In this document: piece after piece, positions 61,001-64,000 of the stretch | How positions within the stretch are numbered: position 1 is the first letter of the stretch | Layout: every line of letters starts with the position of its first letter | Source of the DNA: Flavobacteriales bacterium | Lineage (GTDB): Bacteria; Bacteroidota; Bacteroidia; Flavobacteriales_F; PHOS-HE28 | Length of the DNA stretch: 64,000 nucleotides | Assembly (NCBI GenBank): GCA_016703105.1 | Contig: JADJCS010000020.1 | Span: forward strand, 179,924-243,923 | Reading direction: 5' to 3' | Position numbers and translations under genes: made by a program | The notes under the pieces: model-generated | Database searches by the model: none | Told to the model about the DNA's origin: nothing | What the model saw: the letters and a program-made list of their open reading frames with translations, nothing else

Positions 61001-62363
61001 GCTGTTCGACGAGAACTCTCCGGCGGCCGATGCGGGTCCCGATCAGGAGATCTGCGTACCCACCTTCCCCAACACGGTGACCATGAACGCCAGCGTGCCC
61101 ATCTACCCGAGCACCGGTTCCTGGACCTTGGTGAGCGGCACCGGCACCATCACCGATCCGGGCAGTGCGACCACCACCATCACCGATCTGCAAGTGGGTG
61201 TGAGCGTGTTCGAGTGGACCGTCAGCAACGGGCCGTGCAACCCCGGCCAGACCAGCGACCAGGTGTCCATCTCCGTGTTCGATGCGGCGCAAGGCAACGC
61301 CAATGCCGGACCGGACCAGCAATTGTGTACGCCGTTGAACAGCGCTTCGCTCGCGGGCAACGCGCTGATCCTCCCGGCCACCGGCCTGTGGACCGTGGTA
61401 AGTGGTAGTGGCACCCTGGTCTCACCCACCGACCCGACCACGAGCATCAATGGGCTCACCGTCGGTGTCACCACCCTGGTGTGGACGATCAGCAATGGTC
61501 CGTGCGCCAATGCGCTCACCACCGATACGCTCGTCATCAGCGTGTTCGATGGCTCCGCTCCCGATGCCCTGGCCGGCGACGACCAGAGCTTCTGTTCACC
61601 CGCACCCAACGCCACCATGTTCGCCAGCTCCCCTGTTCTTCCCGCCATCGGCACCTGGGCCTTGCTCAGCGGTACCGGTGCGATCGCCAACCCCAACGAT
61701 CCGTTCACCGCCATCAGCGGCCTGGGCCTGGGCGAAAGCGTGTTCGAATGGACCATCTCCAACGGTGTGTGCGGCAGCACTACCGATCAGGTGAGCTTCT
61801 TCGTGTACAACAGCGAACTGCCCCCGGCCGATGCGGGTGAGGATCAGCAGTACTGCCAGCATGAGTTCACCAGTGCGGACCTCGATGCGGAGCCTGTGGT
61901 GGACCTGCTCGCCACCGGTGTGTGGTCCTTGATCGGTGGCTCCGGCACCATCTTCGACCCCACCGATCCGAGCGCCACCGTGGAAGGGCTCAGCCTCGGC
62001 GACAACTTCTTCCTCTGGACGGTGAACAACGGAGTGTGCGGCACCACTGTGGACAGCGTGCTGGTGAACCTGGAGGACTGCCTCAGCATCATCGTCCCCG
62101 ACGCCTTCAGCCCGAACGGGGATGGCGTGAACGATACGTACGTGATCCACAATCTGGAGAGCTACCCGGACAACAGCCTCATCGTGTTCAACCGCTGGGG
62201 CGCGAAAGTGCTGGACCGCAACCCGTACACCAACGACTGGAACGGCACCAGCGAGAACAGCATGAACTGGGGTGAGGAACTGCCCGAAGGCACCTACTAC
62301 TATGTGCTCGATCTGGGCACCGACGCGGATCCCCTCACCGGTTACATCTACATCCGCCGCTAA
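54984..62363 (+). CDS. SprB-like giant repeat adhesin, main part (2459 aa) ending in a gliding-motility-associated / T9SS type-B C-terminal domain
   Basis: ~27 more copies of the 92-aa two-Cys repeat. C-terminus 'PDAFSPNGDGVNDTYVIHNLESYPDNSLIVFNRWGAKV...GTYYYVLDLG' is the CHU_C/type-B sorting domain. Immediately followed by PorP/SprF. Confidence 0.85.
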   Translation: MESGSGTIVSINDPGTQVTGLGIGNNVFRWTVNNGPCAVGITFDLVTIHVYDENQAPANAGPDQSICSNTPSTSLAGNAPTVPATGTWSLISGQGNIVSPNNPNSLVTGLGVGANVFEWTVDNGPCQNPISTDQVTISVYDVANPVANAGADQSLCGSTSTTLSGSTVIAPAIGTWTLVSGNGTVASPNAPNTQITGMTVGANVFRWTVDNGPCGAPTQDDVTVLVFDPNQPAANAGVDQQLCTPTTSTSVTGSSVTFPGTGVWTVVSGTATITTPNSSTTTVTGLGVGAIVLQWTVNNGPCGAPTNDQVTITLFDSNTPIADAGPDQEICIPTFPSEVTLSGSPVIAPAVGTWTLVSGAGNIVDPNSPFTLVTGLAVGVNVFRWTVDNGACANSLTTDEVSIFVFDAANPVANAGPDQSLCTPISTTVLSGSSLIVPATGTWTLVSGTGVIVSPNDPNSQVTGLTVGSNVFAWTVSNGPCANPITTDQVTINIFNGSAQPAEAGPDQTVCSTTTTVTMAGNAPTGLATGSWSVITGTANFTDATSASTTVTGLSVGTNTLQWTIDNGACGLSSDLMIVTVFDSNQANAAAGPDQQICIPDVPNQVAMAGNAITFPAVGTWTLVSGAGTILDPNDPNTVITGLAVGTNVFQWTILNGPCANGNTNDQVTVTVFDAGIAAANAGPDQDLCTPTTTTVMAGSTVAFPAVGTWTVVQGAGVVIVSPNSPTTQVTGLQVGETILRWAVDNGVCAAPSADTVSVFLFDANNPNANAGADQELCILTTASVLSGSDITFPATGTWTVIAGSGVFSDPNAAFTNLSGYSIGVNLYTWTVDNGPCANGITTDTVQVTVYDNTNLVSNAGPDQEYCTPDDAATLDGSELSLPATGLWTLVNGTAIITDPNDPNTTVTDLGIGINTFNWQVDNGPCVNGITNDQVSILVFDATNPAADAGPDQELCTPNTSTVMAGSNLITPATGTWTLISGQGTIADANSPTTAISNLAIGENVFEWTVSNGPCANPLTTDQVSIFVFDENNPVANAGPDQEICTPIVNATLAGSAITFPAQGTWTLVSGQGTIADPNDPATTVSDLAVGENIFEWTVSNGPCANGLTTDQVSIFLFDGTNANADAGPDQELCTPNLSTTLAGNAPIFPAAGSWSLVSGQGDITDPTDPNSGVTNLAVGENVFAWTVDNGPCTNGITTDQVSIFVFDEFNPNADAGPDQELCAPDNSTTLAGSALTFPASGLWTVVSGTVTILDPTDPNSAVTDLVVGEVILEWTVSNGPCANGITTDQVSIQVYDPNNNVASAGPDQDLCTPTTSAVLTASTTTFPSVGTWTVINGGGTFVDDNDPATTVNGLLVGENILVWTVDNGPCVNGITSDTLSIFLYDENNPVANAGPDQELCEPNTSTTFAGSALTFPATGTWTLVTGTGDIADPSDPNSAVSNLTVGENVFLWTVSNGPCNNPITTDLVSIFLFDDGNPDANAGPDQDICTPITSATMSGSAVTFPAVGTWVLVNGQGIITDPNSPTTTITGLGIGLNEFSWTVDNGPCANGITTDNVVIQLFDENAPPANAGPDQELCAPDNTVLMVGNPPVGVAQGTWTVILGAGNIVDPNDPLTEINGIPIGENQFVWTMDNSVCGISRDTMSVFVFDPSNPQADAGPDQELCVPTDSTYMAGNTPIFPASGTWTVITGTGVFPDPTDPGALVNNLSIGVNTFRWTTSNGPCANSITFDDINVILFDDSTSAADAGPDQEVCLPLTSTVMAAAVPQLPATGSWSLLSGTGDIVDPANPASVINNLDVGINVFVWTLDNGPCPPNGIMTDTMSIYVYDPAAPTANAGPDQFQCTPDLDAMMFGNIPADPGVGTWTLASGTGTITQPNNPFTLITDMAVGENIFVWTIYNGQCGFGPPSTDTMSVFVYDENQPPAQTGNDLELCTPTTSAVLTANDPIFPATGQWIVVQGGGSLADPADPNTAVFNLTVGDNVFVWTIDNGPCPNAITNDTMTVVLFDENSPAADAGPDQEICVPTFPNTVTMNASVPIYPSTGSWTLVSGTGTITDPGSATTTITDLQVGVSVFEWTVSNGPCNPGQTSDQVSISVFDAAQGNANAGPDQQLCTPLNSASLAGNALILPATGLWTVVSGSGTLVSPTDPTTSINGLTVGVTTLVWTISNGPCANALTTDTLVISVFDGSAPDALAGDDQSFCSPAPNATMFASSPVLPAIGTWALLSGTGAIANPNDPFTAISGLGLGESVFEWTISNGVCGSTTDQVSFFVYNSELPPADAGEDQQYCQHEFTSADLDAEPVVDLLATGVWSLIGGSGTIFDPTDPSATVEGLSLGDNFFLWTVNNGVCGTTVDSVLVNLEDCLSIIVPDAFSPNGDGVNDTYVIHNLESYPDNSLIVFNRWGAKVLDRNPYTNDWNGTSENSMNWGEELPEGTYYYVLDLGTDADPLTGYIYIRR

Positions 62364-62406
62364 ACCAACGATCCGTACGGGCCGATGAGGATCGGCCCCA
62401 ACAACG

Positions 62407-63354
62407 ATGAAGATGACAAAGGCAAAACGATGGATGGGCAGTGCGCTGGGGATGCTCCTCGGCACTACGCTCCTCGCGCAGCAGGACCCGCAGTTCACCC
62501 AGTACATGTTCAACCTGCTGGCGATCAATCCCGCCTATGCGGGCAGCGCCGAGCGCGTGAGCATCAAAGCCCTTACCCGCCACCAATGGGTGGGCTTCGC
62601 AGGTGCTCCCACCACGCAAACGCTCGCCATCCATTCGCCGCTGATGCGCGAAACCCTCGGCATCGGGGGCACCATCATGCGCGATGAGCACGGGCCCGTG
62701 ACGCAATACGGTTTCATGCTGGACCTCGCCTACCGTATCCATTTCGGCGGCGAGCGCAAGCTGGCCTTCGGCCTCAAGGGCGGAATGAACTTGGTGCAGG
62801 GCCGGTTCGGCGAACTGAGCCCACTGCAACAGGGCGACCAGGTGTTCCAGCAGAACGTGAACACCAAGCTCGATCCCCAGTTCGGCTTCGGGCTGATGTA
62901 CTACGGCGATCGTTTCTACATCGGCTTGAGCACGCCCAAATTGCTCCGCACCGAGTTCTTCGAGGACGCTCCCCTGGACACCACCGGCAGCGCCTGGCAG
63001 CAGGGCCAGCGGCCCCACTACTTCCTCAGCGGTGGCTACGTGTTCAACATGGGCATGTACCACAAGTTCAAACCCACCTTCCTGGTGAAGGCCGTGCAGG
63101 GCGCGCCCATCAGCTTCGACCTCAGTGCCAACTTCTTCTTCTTCGAGAAGTTCTGGCTGGGCGCCATGTACCGCCACCAGGACGCCGTGGGCGCCCTGGC
63201 CCAGTACTACTTCACCGATGGTATTTCGGTGGGCTACTCCTACGACTATCCGATCTCCGTGCTGCGCAACTACAGCGGTGGTTCGCACGAGGTGATGCTC
63301 GGGTTCGACTTCGGCCGCAAGCTCAAGGGTATCCGTTCACCGCGTTACTTCTGA
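62407..63354 (+). CDS. sprF: Type IX secretion system membrane protein PorP/SprF family
   Basis: 'AQQDPQFTQYMFNLLAINPAYAGS' N-terminal signature and the length (315 aa) match PorP/SprF. Sits directly downstream of a type-B CTD adhesin, as in sprB-sprF. Confidence 0.88.
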   Translation: MKMTKAKRWMGSALGMLLGTTLLAQQDPQFTQYMFNLLAINPAYAGSAERVSIKALTRHQWVGFAGAPTTQTLAIHSPLMRETLGIGGTIMRDEHGPVTQYGFMLDLAYRIHFGGERKLAFGLKGGMNLVQGRFGELSPLQQGDQVFQQNVNTKLDPQFGFGLMYYGDRFYIGLSTPKLLRTEFFEDAPLDTTGSAWQQGQRPHYFLSGGYVFNMGMYHKFKPTFLVKAVQGAPISFDLSANFFFFEKFWLGAMYRHQDAVGALAQYYFTDGISVGYSYDYPISVLRNYSGGSHEVMLGFDFGRKLKGIRSPRYF

Positions 63355-63357
63355 TCC

Positions 63358-64000
63358 ATGACGCAGTTCACGCGACCAATGAAGTACACCACCACACGCA
63401 CCCTGGGTATGGCCTTCCTGGCCCTCGCCCCGATCGCCGTCACCGCCCAAGGGCTGAAGGACCGCGTAGCCAACAAGTACGCCGAGCAGTTCGACTACCC
63501 CCGCGTGGCCGCCATGTACCAGAGCCAGGTGGACAAGGGCACCGCCGATGCCGCCGATCTGCGCCGCCTCGCACTCGCCTACAAGCGCATGGGCCAGATG
63601 GAGAACGCCGAGCGCACCTACAAGCAGCTCACCGACTCCAGCGCTGCCGCGCCGGACATGTGGGAATACGCCGAGGTGCTCCGCGCCAACGGCAAATACA
63701 CCGAGGCCAACGCGTGGTACGCCAAGTACGCCGCGCAGAACCCGGACGACCAGCGGGCCCAGGCCTATGTGCGCAACCCGGACCTGTTCGATCGCCTCAA
63801 CCGGGACAGCGCCAGCGCCACGGTGCGCGCGGTCCCCATCAATTCTCCGCAGGCGGACCTCGGTCTGGCCATCATGAACGAGTTGCTCATTTTCTCCAGC
63901 GCACGCGGCGAAGGCGTGGGCGGCAAGGCCGATTACTCCTGGGATGGCCAACCCTTCCTCAACATGCACAGCGCGCTGTTGAAAGGGGAGACCGCCACCG
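63358..64000 (+). CDS. Partial (3'-truncated by window end) TPR plus TolB-like beta-propeller protein, PorE/OmpA-family-like
   Basis: Frame open to the window end. Signal peptide 'MKYTTTRTLGMAFLALAPIAVTAQ', TPR-like 'YAEVLRANGKYTEANAWYAKYAAQNPDD', then a PD40-like 'SPQADLGLAIMNELLIFSSARGEG'. Confidence 0.5.
   Translation, partial: MTQFTRPMKYTTTRTLGMAFLALAPIAVTAQGLKDRVANKYAEQFDYPRVAAMYQSQVDKGTADAADLRRLALAYKRMGQMENAERTYKQLTDSSAAAPDMWEYAEVLRANGKYTEANAWYAKYAAQNPDDQRAQAYVRNPDLFDRLNRDSASATVRAVPINSPQADLGLAIMNELLIFSSARGEGVGGKADYSWDGQPFLNMHSALLKGETAT

Overview
High-GC (~62-65%) bacterial chromosomal segment. Gene content suggests a Bacteroidota/FCB-group organism: T9SS C-terminal sorting domains, a PorP/SprF gene behind a giant SprB-like adhesin, a fused CcsBA cytochrome-c maturase, a DUF5686-like protein. 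Left third (1-21 kb) is conserved housekeeping: a partial YVTN beta-propeller/di-heme protein, rplM-rpsI-rpsB-tsf, pyrH-frr, a radical SAM/SPASM enzyme, a DUF5686-like protein, an MMPL/RND exporter, rfbA, a polyprenyl synthase, a TIGR01777-type epimerase, and sucA-sucB. The centre (about 21.2-39.3 kb) is the notable part: a tightly packed locus encoding four multiheme c-type cytochromes with 12, 20, 37 and 19 CxxCH motifs (88 in total). With them are two paralogous cytochrome-b-like membrane modules, a membrane-anchored FeS/FAD oxidoreductase, a predicted outer-membrane beta-barrel, a lipoprotein, a divergent MbfA-like (ferritin-like + VIT1) iron transporter, a CcsBA heme-attachment enzyme, and two paralogous small His-rich proteins. 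I interpret this as a candidate porin-cytochrome extracellular electron transfer conduit, which has not been described for this kind of organism. The right third carries T9SS cargo proteins, a GNAT, a YegP/DUF1508 protein, membrane/secreted hypotheticals, a formyltransferase pair, and a ~9.8-kb SprB-like repeat adhesin followed by PorP/SprF and a PorE-like TPR/OmpA gene that runs off the window. Three genes (DUF5686-like, sucB, SprB-like) are each split by an apparent single-nucleotide frameshift, so either assembly homopolymer errors or genuine pseudogenes must be considered. No rRNA/tRNA, CRISPR, transposase or integrase was seen.
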